The notes under the pieces: model-generated | What the model saw: the letters and a program-made list of their open reading frames with translations, nothing else | What the model was told of the DNA's origin: nothing | The model's database searches: none | Program-made: the position numbers and the translations under genes | Shown here: piece after piece, positions 1 to 10,186 of the stretch | Layout of the letters: each line of letters starts with the position of its first letter | Position numbering within the stretch: position 1 is the stretch's first letter | Assembly (NCBI GenBank): GCA_025999395.1 | Contig: AP024682.1 | Location: 468,680 to 532,679 of the forward strand | DNA from: Candidatus Parcubacteria bacterium | GTDB lineage: Bacteria; Patescibacteriota; Minisyncoccia; UBA6257; JAGOQP01 | Length of the DNA stretch: 64,000 bases | Direction: 5' to 3'

Positions 1-433
1 CTTTATTTTGATTTTCAGCCTCAGGAACTTGACTACTTTCGCTTTGAGGATTTTCCAAAGTTTGAGCAGAGCTTTCTTGATTCTGGTTTAGCTGAGCTGA
101 GGAAGTTGGCTGATTAATTTCGCTTTGAGTTCCAACCTCAGCAGAACTCTGAGCCTGAACCTCTTTCTTCGACTTCTTATGAAGAGGAATTTTAGGACCA
201 GCAATGATTCCTGCAGAAACTAAAATATTATGAACCGTTTCTGTTGGCTGAGCCCCCTGAGAAAGCCACTTTTTTACCTTCTCTTGATTTAAAGAGAATT
301 TATCTATGTGAGGATTATACCATCCCAAATCATCAATAAACTTTCCCTGAAGCTTAGAACGAGCTTCTGCTACTACCACTCTAAAAGAAATCTGTTTCTT
401 TTTCCCAACCGGTCTTAATTTAATCTTTAGCAT
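1..433 (-). CDS. rpsP: 30S ribosomal protein S16 (5' complete, runs off left edge) with long low-complexity Q/S/E-rich C-terminal extension
   Basis: Minus-strand ATG at 433-431; translation MLKIKLRPVGKKKQISFRVVVAEARSKLQGKFIDDLGWYNPH matches the S16 N-terminus; the frame stays open to position 1. Confidence 0.85.
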   Translation of the reverse strand, partial: MLKIKLRPVGKKKQISFRVVVAEARSKLQGKFIDDLGWYNPHIDKFSLNQEKVKKWLSQGAQPTETVHNILVSAGIIAGPKIPLHKKSKKEVQAQSSAEVGTQSEINQPTSSAQLNQNQESSAQTLENPQSESSQVPEAENQNK

Positions 434-535
434 AGTTCTTTGATCTCTGAATTTTAAATTTTAAACCAAAAATTAAAAATACAAAATGTATAAGTAAGCT
501 AACAATAAAAGGTAAAAAAGTCAATATTTTAGAAT

Positions 536-2764
536 CTAAGAACTTAATTGAGAGGATTCCTTTTCTTCTAATTTAAGAGAAAGAATTTTAGAAGAACCAC
601 CCTCATCCATCGTCACTCCATAAAGCACATCGGCTGCTTCCATTGTGATTCTGTTATGAGTAACAATAATAAACTGACTTTGAGAAGAAAAGCTTTTAAT
701 CAATTCGGAAAAACGCCGGGAGTTTTTTTCATCTAAAGCAGAATCTACTTCATCTAAAACTAAAAACGGCGGGGGGCTAACAGAAATCAAAGCAAATAAA
801 ACCGCTAAAGAAACCAAACTTTTTTCTCCTCCAGAAAGCATTTCTAATCCGCTTATCTTTTTCTGAGGAATTGAGACTTCAATTTCAATGCCTAAATCTT
901 GATCTCTTGATTCTTCTTCATCAAATTTTTGCTCTTCTTTTTGAGAATCCAATTTTTCTTCTAAATTACGAGAAATTTCACTGCCTTCTAGAAGTGGGCG
1001 AGAAATAATTTTCATCTTCGCTTGTCCTCCTCCAAACATAATTCTAAAAAATCGATGGAATTCCTGATTAACCTTACTAAAAGCGCTTCTAAATTCCACT
1101 GAAATTTTTTCTTCTAACTCCTTAATTAAGGAATTAAGATTATCGATAGCCTTTAGTAAATCCTGAGATTCTTTAGAAAGAAAGTTGTAATGAGCCTCCA
1201 CCTCTTCTGCTTCCTTAACTAAAGAAGGATCTATTTCTCCAATACTTGAAAGCTCTAAGCGTAGTTTTAAGATCCTTCTTTCTATTTCTTTAAGTTCTTC
1301 AGCATTAAAAGAAACATCAAAAGTCTCGCTTTCTGCCAAAGTTTCAAAATCCTTAAAATGAAGCCCAAGAGAGTGGATTTGATTTTTTAATTCATCTAAT
1401 TGATAAGCAATTCTTTCTTCTTCAAAAAGAATTCTTTCTTTTTCCTTATTTAAATTTTGCAAGTTTTGCCGAAGTGATTCTAAGTAAGAAAAAGCCTCTT
1501 TAAATCGATTATTAAATTCAGCCAAATCAGAGGAAAGCTGATTTTCTTTTTCTTCTAATTCCTTAAGCTGCTTTTCCAAATCAGAGATTTGAGAAGTGAT
1601 TTCCTTTTTTTGAGTCTCCAAAAGTTGGATAGCTTTTTCTTTTTCTTTTTTCTCTTTTCCTGAAGAAAAAATTTCTTCAATAGATTCTAAAAGTTTTTGA
1701 ATTTCTTTCTTTAAAGAGTCAAGATTTTTTTCTTCAAGAAGTTGAGCAAGTTTTTGACGAACATTCTTAATTAAATCTAATAAATCCTCAAGAGAAAACT
1801 GGTTTTCCTGAGAATAAGAAGAAGTTTTTTCTAACTCCACTTCTAAATGTAAAAGATTTTTTTCTAAATCATTTTTTTGAGAGAAAATTTCTTTCCTTTT
1901 TTTCTGAAGAAAAGTAATTTCTTGACTGGCAGAAGCAGTGGCTTCTACTGCCTCTAATCTTTTTTGAGCCTCTTTAATTTCTGTTTCTAATTTATTAATT
2001 TGATTTTCAATTCCTTCCAAGGGCTGGCGAATCTTAAAAGAAAGCTCTTTAAGGTTTTTAATTTTAAAAGCAAAAAAATTCTTTTCCAAAGAAGAAAGCT
2101 CTTGCTCAATCTCAAATCTTTTTTCCCAACGCGCTGTTTGTCTTTTTAGAGTTCTCAAGCGAGGCAAAACCTCTTCTATCATCGCTGATACTTTTTCTAA
2201 ATTAATCTTGGTGTTTTTTAATTTTCTTTCCGCTTCTTTCTTTTTTAATTGATACTCCTTTAGTCCTAAAATCTCCTGAACCATCATCATTCTTTCCAGA
2301 GGCGAAGCTTTCACAAAAATATCCCCCTCTCCCTGCCCAATAATCGAAAGCCCTCGACTACCCAGCTTAATTTTTGAGAAAAAATCAATAATATCCTTAA
2401 GGCGTACCTCCGCATCATTAATAAAATATTGAGAAACTCCTCCTCGATTAATACTTCGCGAAACAACAATTTCTTTAAAATCAAAAGGAAGGTTCCCTTG
2501 AGAATTATCAAAAACCAAGCTTACCTTCGCCAAAGATTGCTTAGGCTTTTTAGGAGTTCCCGCAAAAATTAAGTCTTCAATCTTTTCTCCTCGCAAAACT
2601 TTGGTTTCTCTTTCACCGATTAACCATCGAATAGCATCAATAATATTTGATTTTCCCGAACCATTGGGGCCAACAATACAAACAATTCCGGCTCCGCTGA
2701 AATCGAAGACGGTTTTCCCCGCAAAAGATTTAAATCCATTAATTTCCAGTCTTTTTAAAAACAT
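536..2764 (-). CDS. smc: SMC-family chromosome segregation ATPase (short form, 742 aa)
   Basis: N-terminal Walker A GPNGSGKSN..IDAIRWLIGE, C-terminal signature LSGGEKSLVSLAVLFAL..LDEVDSALDE, coiled-coil-rich middle; rnc-smc synteny. Confidence 0.85.
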   Translation of the reverse strand: MFLKRLEINGFKSFAGKTVFDFSGAGIVCIVGPNGSGKSNIIDAIRWLIGERETKVLRGEKIEDLIFAGTPKKPKQSLAKVSLVFDNSQGNLPFDFKEIVVSRSINRGGVSQYFINDAEVRLKDIIDFFSKIKLGSRGLSIIGQGEGDIFVKASPLERMMMVQEILGLKEYQLKKKEAERKLKNTKINLEKVSAMIEEVLPRLRTLKRQTARWEKRFEIEQELSSLEKNFFAFKIKNLKELSFKIRQPLEGIENQINKLETEIKEAQKRLEAVEATASASQEITFLQKKRKEIFSQKNDLEKNLLHLEVELEKTSSYSQENQFSLEDLLDLIKNVRQKLAQLLEEKNLDSLKKEIQKLLESIEEIFSSGKEKKEKEKAIQLLETQKKEITSQISDLEKQLKELEEKENQLSSDLAEFNNRFKEAFSYLESLRQNLQNLNKEKERILFEEERIAYQLDELKNQIHSLGLHFKDFETLAESETFDVSFNAEELKEIERRILKLRLELSSIGEIDPSLVKEAEEVEAHYNFLSKESQDLLKAIDNLNSLIKELEEKISVEFRSAFSKVNQEFHRFFRIMFGGGQAKMKIISRPLLEGSEISRNLEEKLDSQKEEQKFDEEESRDQDLGIEIEVSIPQKKISGLEMLSGGEKSLVSLAVLFALISVSPPPFLVLDEVDSALDEKNSRRFSELIKSFSSQSQFIIVTHNRITMEAADVLYGVTMDEGGSSKILSLKLEEKESSQLSS

Positions 2765-3473
2765 AAGTTAATCCTTTTTTAGCCGCTTCTATTTCCGCTT
2801 CTTGTTTAGAAAAACCCTCCCCTTCGGCTACTTTTTTATCCCCCAAAAAAAGACCCACTCGAAAAATTTTTTGATGATCGGGCCCTACTTCCTCTAAAAC
2901 CTGATAAACCGGAGTAATTTTGTACTTTTCTTGAGCTAATTCCTGAAAAAGACTCTTAGCGTCTTTATAAAGACCTTCTTTAATTACCTCTGGAGCCTTG
3001 GAAAAAATAAACTTTTTAATAAAATTAGAAACCACCTGATATCCTTGATCAAGATAAATCGCCCCCAATAAAGCCTCCAAAGCGTTGGCTAATATTACCT
3101 TGCGGGCTCGGCCGGTGTCTTTGGCTTCTCCTTTAGAAAGAAGCAGATATTTTTCCAAATCAAGAGTCCGAGCTACTTCCGCCAAGGAAAGATAGTTGAC
3201 TAAAGCGGCTCGAATACTGGTTAACTTGCCTTCATCTTCTTGAGGATATTCTTTAAAAAGATTTTCAGTAATCACTAATTCCAGCACTGCATCTCCTAAA
3301 AATTCCAATCTCTCATTATGAGGAAGGGGCCAAGAAGGATTTTCGTTTAAATAAGAGCGATGAGTAAGCGCTTCTTTTAGTAATTCTTTGTTTTTAAAAG
3401 TTATTTCTAACTTTTTTTCTAACGAAGACAAATCCTTAAGCATACTTTTTCCAAAAACTCTAAATCTAATCAT
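2739..3473 (-). CDS. rnc: ribonuclease III
   Basis: [17 protein letters not shown] RNase III signature plus C-terminal dsRBD-like region; its ATG overlaps the nusB stop as ATGA; an alternative internal start at 3443 is possible. Confidence 0.85.
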   Translation of the reverse strand: MIRFRVFGKSMLKDLSSLEKKLEITFKNKELLKEALTHRSYLNENPSWPLPHNERLEFLGDAVLELVITENLFKEYPQEDEGKLTSIRAALVNYLSLAEVARTLDLEKYLLLSKGEAKDTGRARKVILANALEALLGAIYLDQGYQVVSNFIKKFIFSKAPEVIKEGLYKDAKSLFQELAQEKYKITPVYQVLEEVGPDHQKIFRVGLFLGDKKVAEGEGFSKQEAEIEAAKKGLTYVFKKTGN

Positions 3474-3910
3474 TGTTTCTTTACCTCCTCTAAATGTTTA
3501 AAGACGGTCCCTAGGACTCCGTTTACAAATTTTCCAGAATTAATTCCTCCGTAATTTTTTGCCAATTCAATTGCCTCGTTAATAGCTACTTTATAAGGAA
3601 CCTCGTTTTTATCAGCGAAAAGAAGCTCGTAGACTCCAATTCTTAAAACATTTCGATCAATTAAAGAAATTTGCTCAAACGGCCACTCAAGAGCAGATTT
3701 TGAAATGATTTCATCGATTTCCGGAAGATGTTTTATAATTCCATCAACCATTTTCCAAACAAACTCCGGTTCATTTAAACCAGGAGCAAATTCGTTTAGA
3801 TTTCTTTCTACAATCTTTACTAAATCCACCTTTTTTTCCAAAAAATCCCATTCGTAAAGAGATTGAAGAACGATCGAGCGCGCCAAATGGCGAGTAGCCA
3901 TAATTTTCAA
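3470..3910 (-). CDS. nusB: transcription antitermination factor NusB
   Basis: [17 protein letters not shown] motif typical of NusB, 146 aa. Confidence 0.85.
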   Translation of the reverse strand: MKIMATRHLARSIVLQSLYEWDFLEKKVDLVKIVERNLNEFAPGLNEPEFVWKMVDGIIKHLPEIDEIISKSALEWPFEQISLIDRNVLRIGVYELLFADKNEVPYKVAINEAIELAKNYGGINSGKFVNGVLGTVFKHLEEVKKQ

Positions 3911-3979
3911 TGCTTTAATTAAAACCTAAATCTTTTTTCTTTCTTAGTGAAAGATTTTCAAACATCGCTTAAATTTAGA

Positions 3980-4153
3980 TTATTTCCCCTTCTTTTTTCC
4001 TTTATAAAATCCACACTCTGGACAAGCGCGATGAGGAAGAGTTGGAAATTTACATTCCGGACAAGGAATTAAATTGGCTGGCTTTAAAGCCATATGAGAT
4101 CTTCTCTTACCAGTTTTGGAGCGAGTATGATGTTTTGTTGGAACGCCACCCAT
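3980..4153 (-). CDS. rpmF: 50S ribosomal protein L32 (57 aa, absent from the ORF track because under 60 aa)
   Basis: Translated by hand: MGGVPTKHHTRSKTGKRRSHMALKPANLIPCPECKFPTLPHRACPECGFYKGKKKGK; L32 N-terminal motif and CxxC..CxxC zinc ribbon. Confidence 0.8.
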   Translation of the reverse strand: MGGVPTKHHTRSKTGKRRSHMALKPANLIPCPECKFPTLPHRACPECGFYKGKKKGK

Positions 4154-4246
4154 AATTAAAAATTAATCTTAATTTTGAAAAATTTCTTTTTTTCTTTTAA
4201 TTTTAAATTCTCAATGATAATAAGATACCCCCTCTCAAAAGTCAAA

Positions 4247-4976
4247 TTAAGCTACTTTAAAAGATTCGAAAAATTTTCTTAAAAAACTTTGGCGATGAAC
4301 TTGAGAGGGACCAATTTTTTTCAAAACTTGAAAATGTTTTTTGGTGCCATAACCTTTATGAGCGCAAAACTGGTATTCCGGATAAACTAAATGAAGTCTT
4401 TCCATCTCTTTATCTCTTAAAACCTTAGCCACAATAGAAGCCAAAGCCACCGCCGGAACTTTTTCATCGGCTTTTGGAAAAGTTAAAAGAGTAAGAGAAT
4501 TTTTTCTTTCCAAATCATTCAATTCGAAATAAATTCCCCCATCAGCAATAACTAAAATCTTGTCGGTTTTTTTCTTGGTCTTAATTTTTCTAAGAAGCTT
4601 TTCGAGTAATCGATAAGCCGCTAAATTACAAGCTTTAGCCACATTAAGTTTGTCGATTTTTTTTAGGAGAAACAAAAGAAGTACTATAAATTATTCTTTC
4701 CCTCTTTATCCACCCAAACCACTTTTTTCTTTGAGAAGAAGAAAGCTTTTTAGAATCCCTTAAAGGGAGAAATTTGCCTTCAAAAAAAATTCCTCCCTTA
4801 ATTAAATTAATTTTTTCTGAAGGCAAAACAACTCCTGCTACCGCCAATCTTCCTGCTAAAGCTCCTCTTCCTGCTTCATCAATGCCCACCAAATAACGAT
4901 AAGAAAAAGAAAGGCTTTTTTCCTCTAATAAAAGGGGTAAGAGGGGGTAAGAGTTGGAAAGAATTCTTTTTTTCAT
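4247..4976 (-). pseudogene. rnhB: ribonuclease HII split into two frames by a single-base indel in an A8/T8 homopolymer (4657-4664)
   Basis: Upstream ORF (4644-4976) carries GIDEAGRGALAG and DSKKLS; downstream ORF (4247-4675) carries IDKLNVAKACNLAAYRLL, HKGYGT and HRQSF; removing one A from the A8 run restores PKKIDKLNV in one frame. Confidence 0.75.
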
Positions 4977-5017
4977 TTCTCTTAATAAGATACCTCAAAA
5001 CCAATTATTTTTCTATT

Positions 5018-5045
5018 TTGATTTTTAGAAAACCCCTCTTATAAT
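5018..5045 (+). promoter_or_regulatory. sigma70-like promoter candidate for dnaE (TTGATT-N16-TATAAT)
   Basis: TTGATT at 5018-5023 and TATAAT at 5040-5045 with a 16-nt spacer, about 40 nt upstream of the dnaE ATG. Confidence 0.4.
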
Positions 5046-5086
5046 TAAGAAGGTTTAAAAATTGAGTTGGAAATTTTTTTATTTCT

Positions 5087-8000
5087 ATGAAATTTGTTCA
5101 TCTTCATGTCCACAGTCACTATTCTCTTCTTGATGGATTAGCCAAGATAGATAGCCTCATTAAGAAAGCAAAAGATTTGGAAATGGAGGCTTTGGCTTTA
5201 ACCGATCACGGCAATCTTTATGGAGCCATTGAATTCTACAAAAAAGCCAAAAAAGAAGGAATAAAGCCAATTTTAGGAGTAGAAGCTTACTTAGCTCCCA
5301 AAAGCCGATTCGAGAAAAATCCCGAAGAAAAGTATTTTCACTTAACTCTCATTGCTAAAAACAATCAAGGTTGGAAAAACTTAATCAAACTGGTTACCAA
5401 AGCTAACTTAGAAGGCTTTTATTATAAACCCCGAATAGATAAAGAGTTGCTCAAAGAATATAAAGAAGGAATTATTGTTCTTTCAGGATGTCCTTCAGGA
5501 GAAATTCCCAAGTTATTAGCTAAAGAAAATTATAAAGAAGCAGCTCAAGTAGTTGATTTTTACAAAGAAAATTTTGGTGATGACTTTTATATAGAAATCT
5601 GGCGTCAACCAAAAATTAAAGAATTAGAAGGTTTAGTTCCTCTTTTAGTTAAACTAGCCGAAGAAAAAAATGTTCCTTTGGTCGCTACCCAAGACGTCCA
5701 TTATCTTGAAAAAAATGATGCTCTTTTTCATGACATCTTACTTGCGGTTCAAACCGGAAACAGAATCACCGACGATGATCGGCTTACTCTTAAAGCCGGA
5801 GAATTTTTTATGAAATCTCCAAAAGAAATGGAAGAGGCTTTTTCTTTATGGCCTCAAGCCTTGGAAAACACTCTTGAGGTAGCTCAAAAATGCGAGGTAG
5901 AAATCCCTTTAGGAAAAACTATCCTTCCCAAATTTCCGCTTCCGGAAGGAGAAACTAGTTTCTCTTATTTAAGAAAGTTAATAGAAAAAAGAATTAAGGA
6001 AAGATATCAAGAAGTTACTGATGAAGTTAAAGAAAGATTAGAGTATGAATTAGAAATTATCGAGAAAACTGGCTTTGCCGACTACTTCTTAATTGTTCAA
6101 GATTTTGTTAACTGGGCTAAAGAAAGAAGAATTGTAGTCGGCCCGGGAAGAGGGAGTGCGGCTGGAAGCCTGGTTTCTTATATTTTAAAAATTACTGAAG
6201 TTGATCCCTTAAAATATAATCTTCTTTTTGAAAGATTCCTTAATCCCGATAGGGTCCAAATGCCTGATATTGATCTTGATTTTACCGATGTAAGAAGAGA
6301 TGAGGTGATTAGTTATTTAAGACAAAAATATGGTGAAGACAGAGTAGCCAACATTATCACTTTTGGAACAATGGCTTCGCGAGCCTCTATTCGAGACGCT
6401 GGAAGAGCTTTGGGGTTTTCTTACGGTTTTTGTGATCAAATTGCCAAAATGATCCCCTTTAATTTAACTTTGAGTCAAGCCTTAGAAAAAGTGGAGGAAT
6501 TCAAAAAAGCCTATCAACAAAATCCAGATGTAAGAAAACTAATAGATGCCGCTCAACATTTGGAAGGAGTAGCTCGTCATGCTAGCGTTCATGCTTGTGG
6601 AATTGTTATTTCTAAAGAACCTCTTACTGAATATTTACCTCTCCAATTAGCCCCCCAAGATCCTAATACCATTATTACCCAATTTGAAATGCACACCATT
6701 GAAGATTTGGGGCTACTAAAGATGGATTTATTAGGACTAAAAAACTTAACCATCATTGAAGATACAATTCGTCTAATTAAAGACACCGAAAACATTTCTT
6801 TAGATATTTCCAAAATTCCTCTTGATGACGAAAAAACTTTTAAAACTCTTCAAGAAGCTCAAACTACTGGAGTTTTTCAATTAGAATCCAGCGGAATGAG
6901 AAGATATTTGAAAGAATTGGTTCCCACTCAACTCGAAGATATTATTGCTATGGTTGCTCTTTACCGCCCCGGCCCAATGGAACTTATCCCCCATTATATT
7001 GCTCGCAAACACGGCAAAGAGAAAGTCGTTTATCTTCATTCAAAATTAGAACCAATTTTATCGAGCACTTATGGAATTGGAGTTTATCAGGAACAAATGA
7101 TGCAGATTGCTCGAGATTTAGCCGGCTTTACTTTAGCTGAAGCCGATACCTTGAGAAAAGCTATTGGAAAAAAAATAAAAGAGCTCTTAGATCAACAAAA
7201 AGAAAAATTAATCGAGGGAATGATTAAAAATGGAATTGATAAGGAAACCGCTCAAAAAATCTGGGAACTTTTTCCTCCTTTTGCTCGTTACGGATTTAAT
7301 CGCAGTCACGCTGTTTGTTACGCCTTAATTGCTTATCAAACTGCCTATCTTAAAACTCATTTTCCGGTTGAATTTATGACCGCCGTCTTAAATGCTGAAA
7401 AGGCTGATGTTGAAAGAATCTCCTTTTTAATTTCAGAATCAAAAAAGATGCAGATTATAGTTTTGCCGCCAGATATCAACAAAAGCTACTCCAATTTCAT
7501 TCCGGAAGGAAAAAATATTCGTTTTGGCCTTTCGGCAATAAAAAATGTTGGCTCCAATATTGTTGAAGCGATTGTTCAGGAAAGACAAAAAAACGGTCCC
7601 TTTCAAAGATTGGAGGATTTTCTTTTGCGCGTCACTCATAAAGACTTAAACAAAAAATCTCTCGAAAGCTTAATTAAGGCAGGAGTTTTTGATTCTTTAG
7701 GGGTAGAAAGAAAACAACTGCTAACTAATCTAGATAAAATTTTAAACTTTGCTGCTAATGCCAAAAAAAATAATCATCTTCAACCCAATCTTTTTGGGAG
7801 CCAATTTCACCAAACCACAAGATTAATTTTAGAAAAATCACCTCCCGCTTCAAGCGAAGAAAAGTTTTCCTGGGAAAAAGAATTAATTGGATTTTATGTT
7901 TCCGATCATCCTTTAAAGAAATATCAAAAACTTTTCGAAGAAAAAAAGGTTCTTCCTATAAAAAAAGTGGCCGAATATATCAGCTCTGGAAAAGGAACTA

Positions 8001-8245
8001 GTTCTTTGAGAACCGGAGGAATTATTACCAGCATTAAAAAAATTATCTCCAAAAACCAAAAGACAATCCTATTTGCAAAAATTGAGGATTTAAGCGATAC
8101 TTTAGAAGTAGTGGTTTTTTCTGATGTTTTAGAAAAAAACCCCTCTCTCTGGCAAGAAAAAAATATCATTATCCTTCAAGGAAAGCCTTCCTTAAAAGAA
8201 AACGAACCCAAAATTATTGTTGATCAAGCTATTAAGCTAAATTAA
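5087..8245 (+). CDS. dnaE: DNA polymerase III subunit alpha
   Basis: N-terminal PHP domain HLHVHSHYSLLDG..TDHGNLYGA, polymerase core motifs, 1052 aa. Confidence 0.95.
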   Translation: MKFVHLHVHSHYSLLDGLAKIDSLIKKAKDLEMEALALTDHGNLYGAIEFYKKAKKEGIKPILGVEAYLAPKSRFEKNPEEKYFHLTLIAKNNQGWKNLIKLVTKANLEGFYYKPRIDKELLKEYKEGIIVLSGCPSGEIPKLLAKENYKEAAQVVDFYKENFGDDFYIEIWRQPKIKELEGLVPLLVKLAEEKNVPLVATQDVHYLEKNDALFHDILLAVQTGNRITDDDRLTLKAGEFFMKSPKEMEEAFSLWPQALENTLEVAQKCEVEIPLGKTILPKFPLPEGETSFSYLRKLIEKRIKERYQEVTDEVKERLEYELEIIEKTGFADYFLIVQDFVNWAKERRIVVGPGRGSAAGSLVSYILKITEVDPLKYNLLFERFLNPDRVQMPDIDLDFTDVRRDEVISYLRQKYGEDRVANIITFGTMASRASIRDAGRALGFSYGFCDQIAKMIPFNLTLSQALEKVEEFKKAYQQNPDVRKLIDAAQHLEGVARHASVHACGIVISKEPLTEYLPLQLAPQDPNTIITQFEMHTIEDLGLLKMDLLGLKNLTIIEDTIRLIKDTENISLDISKIPLDDEKTFKTLQEAQTTGVFQLESSGMRRYLKELVPTQLEDIIAMVALYRPGPMELIPHYIARKHGKEKVVYLHSKLEPILSSTYGIGVYQEQMMQIARDLAGFTLAEADTLRKAIGKKIKELLDQQKEKLIEGMIKNGIDKETAQKIWELFPPFARYGFNRSHAVCYALIAYQTAYLKTHFPVEFMTAVLNAEKADVERISFLISESKKMQIIVLPPDINKSYSNFIPEGKNIRFGLSAIKNVGSNIVEAIVQERQKNGPFQRLEDFLLRVTHKDLNKKSLESLIKAGVFDSLGVERKQLLTNLDKILNFAANAKKNNHLQPNLFGSQFHQTTRLILEKSPPASSEEKFSWEKELIGFYVSDHPLKKYQKLFEEKKVLPIKKVAEYISSGKGTSSLRTGGIITSIKKIISKNQKTILFAKIEDLSDTLEVVVFSDVLEKNPSLWQEKNIIILQGKPSLKENEPKIIVDQAIKLN

Positions 8246-8279
8246 TAAATTATCAACAAAAGTTAACCCTAAAAACACT

Positions 8280-10151
8280 ATGAAAAAAGAAAAAGAATCA
8301 AAAGCAAAAGAACGCGAAAAAAAACTTCATTGCATCCGCCATTCTTTATCTCATTTACTTGCAGCGGCGGTTTTAGAAAAATGGCCGCAGGCAAAATTAG
8401 CAATTGGTCCAGTAATTGAAAATGGTTTTTATTATGATTTCGATTTCAATTATTCGTCTCAAAAAAGAAAAAGTGCTTTCCCTCAAAAAGTTTTAACCGA
8501 AGAAGATCTGCCTCAATTGGAAAAAAGAATGCGAGAATTAGCTCAACAAAATCTTTGTTTTATTAAGGAAAAAATTAGTTATCCGGAAGCCAAAAAAATA
8601 TTTGCTGATGCTCCCTATAAATTAGAGTTAATAGAAGAAATCCACAAGAAAAAACTCCCCCTCTCTATTTATAAAACAATCACCTGTGAAAAATCTAAAA
8701 ACAAAAATCAATCAAAGGGGAATCTAATTTTCTTGGATCTGTGCTCGGGTCCTCATGTAAAAAATACTCGCGAAATTAATCCTCAAGCCTTTAAGCTTAC
8801 TACAATCGCCGGTGCTTATTGGAGAGGAGATGAAAAAAATAAAATGCTTACTCGAATTTATGGAGTAGCTTTTGAAACCAAAGAAGAATTAGAAACCTAC
8901 CTTAAAAATCAAGAAGAGGCTCAAAAAAGAGACCACCGAAAATTAGGCAAAGAGCTAAAAATCTTTACCTTCAGCGATTTTGTTGGACCGGGATTACCGT
9001 TGTGGCTTCCCAATGGCGCTATTTTAATTGAAGAATTAGAAAAGTTAGCCAAAGAAAAAGAAGAAGAGGCTGGTTACTTGCGAGTTCGCACTCCTCACAT
9101 TGCTAAAGAAATTATGTATAAAACCTCCGGGCATTTACCTTATTACGCTGACTCAATGTATCCGCCCATGGTCTTAGAAGAAAACGGCAAAAAGGAGGTT
9201 TATTATCTAAAGGCAATGAATTGTCCTCACCATCATCAAATTTATGCCTCTGAACCTAGAAGTTATCGCGATTTGCCTTTACGCTTAGCAGAGTACGGAA
9301 CTTGCTATCGCTACGAGAAAAGCGGGGAACTTTTTGGATTGATGAGGGTTCGCTCTCTTCAAATGAACGACGCTCATATTTATTGCACTGAAGAACAATT
9401 CCAAGAAGAGTTCTTGGCGGTAATAAAAATGTATTTGGAGTATTTTAAAATCTTTGACATTAAAAAATATGTCATTCGCTTAAGTACTCACAGCAAAGAA
9501 GGATTAGGAAAAAAATATATTGACAACGAAAGACTTTGGAAAAAAACTGAAAAAATGGTGCGAGACATTCTTAAAAAAGAAAATATCCCTTTCATTGAAG
9601 TTCCTAATGAAGCAGCTTTTTATGGACCAAAAATCGATGTTGAAATTTGGAGCGCCATCGGAAAAGAGTTTACTTTAGCCACTAATCAGGTTGATTTTGC
9701 GGTGCCGGCTCGCTTTGGTTTAACCTACAAAGATAAAGACGGAAAAGAAAAAACTCCACTCTGTATTCATCGCGCTCCTCTTTCTACCCACGAGCGCCTT
9801 ATAGGATTTTTAATTGAGCACTACGCCGGAGCTTTTCCTTTATGGTTAGCTCCTACTCAGGTAGAAGTCTTGCCAGTTTCTGAAAAACATTCAAGCTATG
9901 CTCAGAAAATAGCTCAACAAATGAAAGAGGAAAGAATTAGAGTTAGGGTTAGCGAAAGCGCAGAAACCTTGGGCAAAAGGATCCGCCAATCAGAAATTCA
10001 GAAAATCCCCTACCTTTTGATTGTTGGAGATAAAGAAAAAGAAAATAATTCTGTTAATGTCAGAAGTTATCAGAAGGGACAATTGGGAGAAATGAAATTA
10101 GAAGCTTTTATTAAAAAAGCTTTAGAGGAAATAAGGAAAAGAGCCTCTTAA
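8280..10151 (+). CDS. thrS: threonyl-tRNA synthetase
   Basis: Class II aaRS core with CPHHHQIY and HRKLGKELKIF motifs, C-terminal anticodon-binding domain. Confidence 0.9.
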   Translation: MKKEKESKAKEREKKLHCIRHSLSHLLAAAVLEKWPQAKLAIGPVIENGFYYDFDFNYSSQKRKSAFPQKVLTEEDLPQLEKRMRELAQQNLCFIKEKISYPEAKKIFADAPYKLELIEEIHKKKLPLSIYKTITCEKSKNKNQSKGNLIFLDLCSGPHVKNTREINPQAFKLTTIAGAYWRGDEKNKMLTRIYGVAFETKEELETYLKNQEEAQKRDHRKLGKELKIFTFSDFVGPGLPLWLPNGAILIEELEKLAKEKEEEAGYLRVRTPHIAKEIMYKTSGHLPYYADSMYPPMVLEENGKKEVYYLKAMNCPHHHQIYASEPRSYRDLPLRLAEYGTCYRYEKSGELFGLMRVRSLQMNDAHIYCTEEQFQEEFLAVIKMYLEYFKIFDIKKYVIRLSTHSKEGLGKKYIDNERLWKKTEKMVRDILKKENIPFIEVPNEAAFYGPKIDVEIWSAIGKEFTLATNQVDFAVPARFGLTYKDKDGKEKTPLCIHRAPLSTHERLIGFLIEHYAGAFPLWLAPTQVEVLPVSEKHSSYAQKIAQQMKEERIRVRVSESAETLGKRIRQSEIQKIPYLLIVGDKEKENNSVNVRSYQKGQLGEMKLEAFIKKALEEIRKRAS

Positions 10152-10186
10152 GAAATTTCTGCCTAAAATTTCTCTTCGGTTTTCTT

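Noticed and set aside
2311-2511. 66-aa ORF antisense within smc; similar short antisense ORFs at 6589-6813, 7439-7639, 7924-8169, 10693-10875, 11295-11531, 12107-12298, 13436-13624, 14092-14274, 15055-15267, 15579-15788, 22873-23055, 24560-24742, 26820-27011, 30323-30583, 30639-30884, 43070-43252, 45182-45412, 47226-47495, 48329-48598, 49307-49528, 51901-52101, 52376-52564, 53434-53622, 57574-57783, 61240-61446, 62460-62684
   Set aside because: Each is fully embedded in or antisense to a well-supported longer gene, is short and low-complexity, and has no motif; these are typical AT-rich shadow ORFs.
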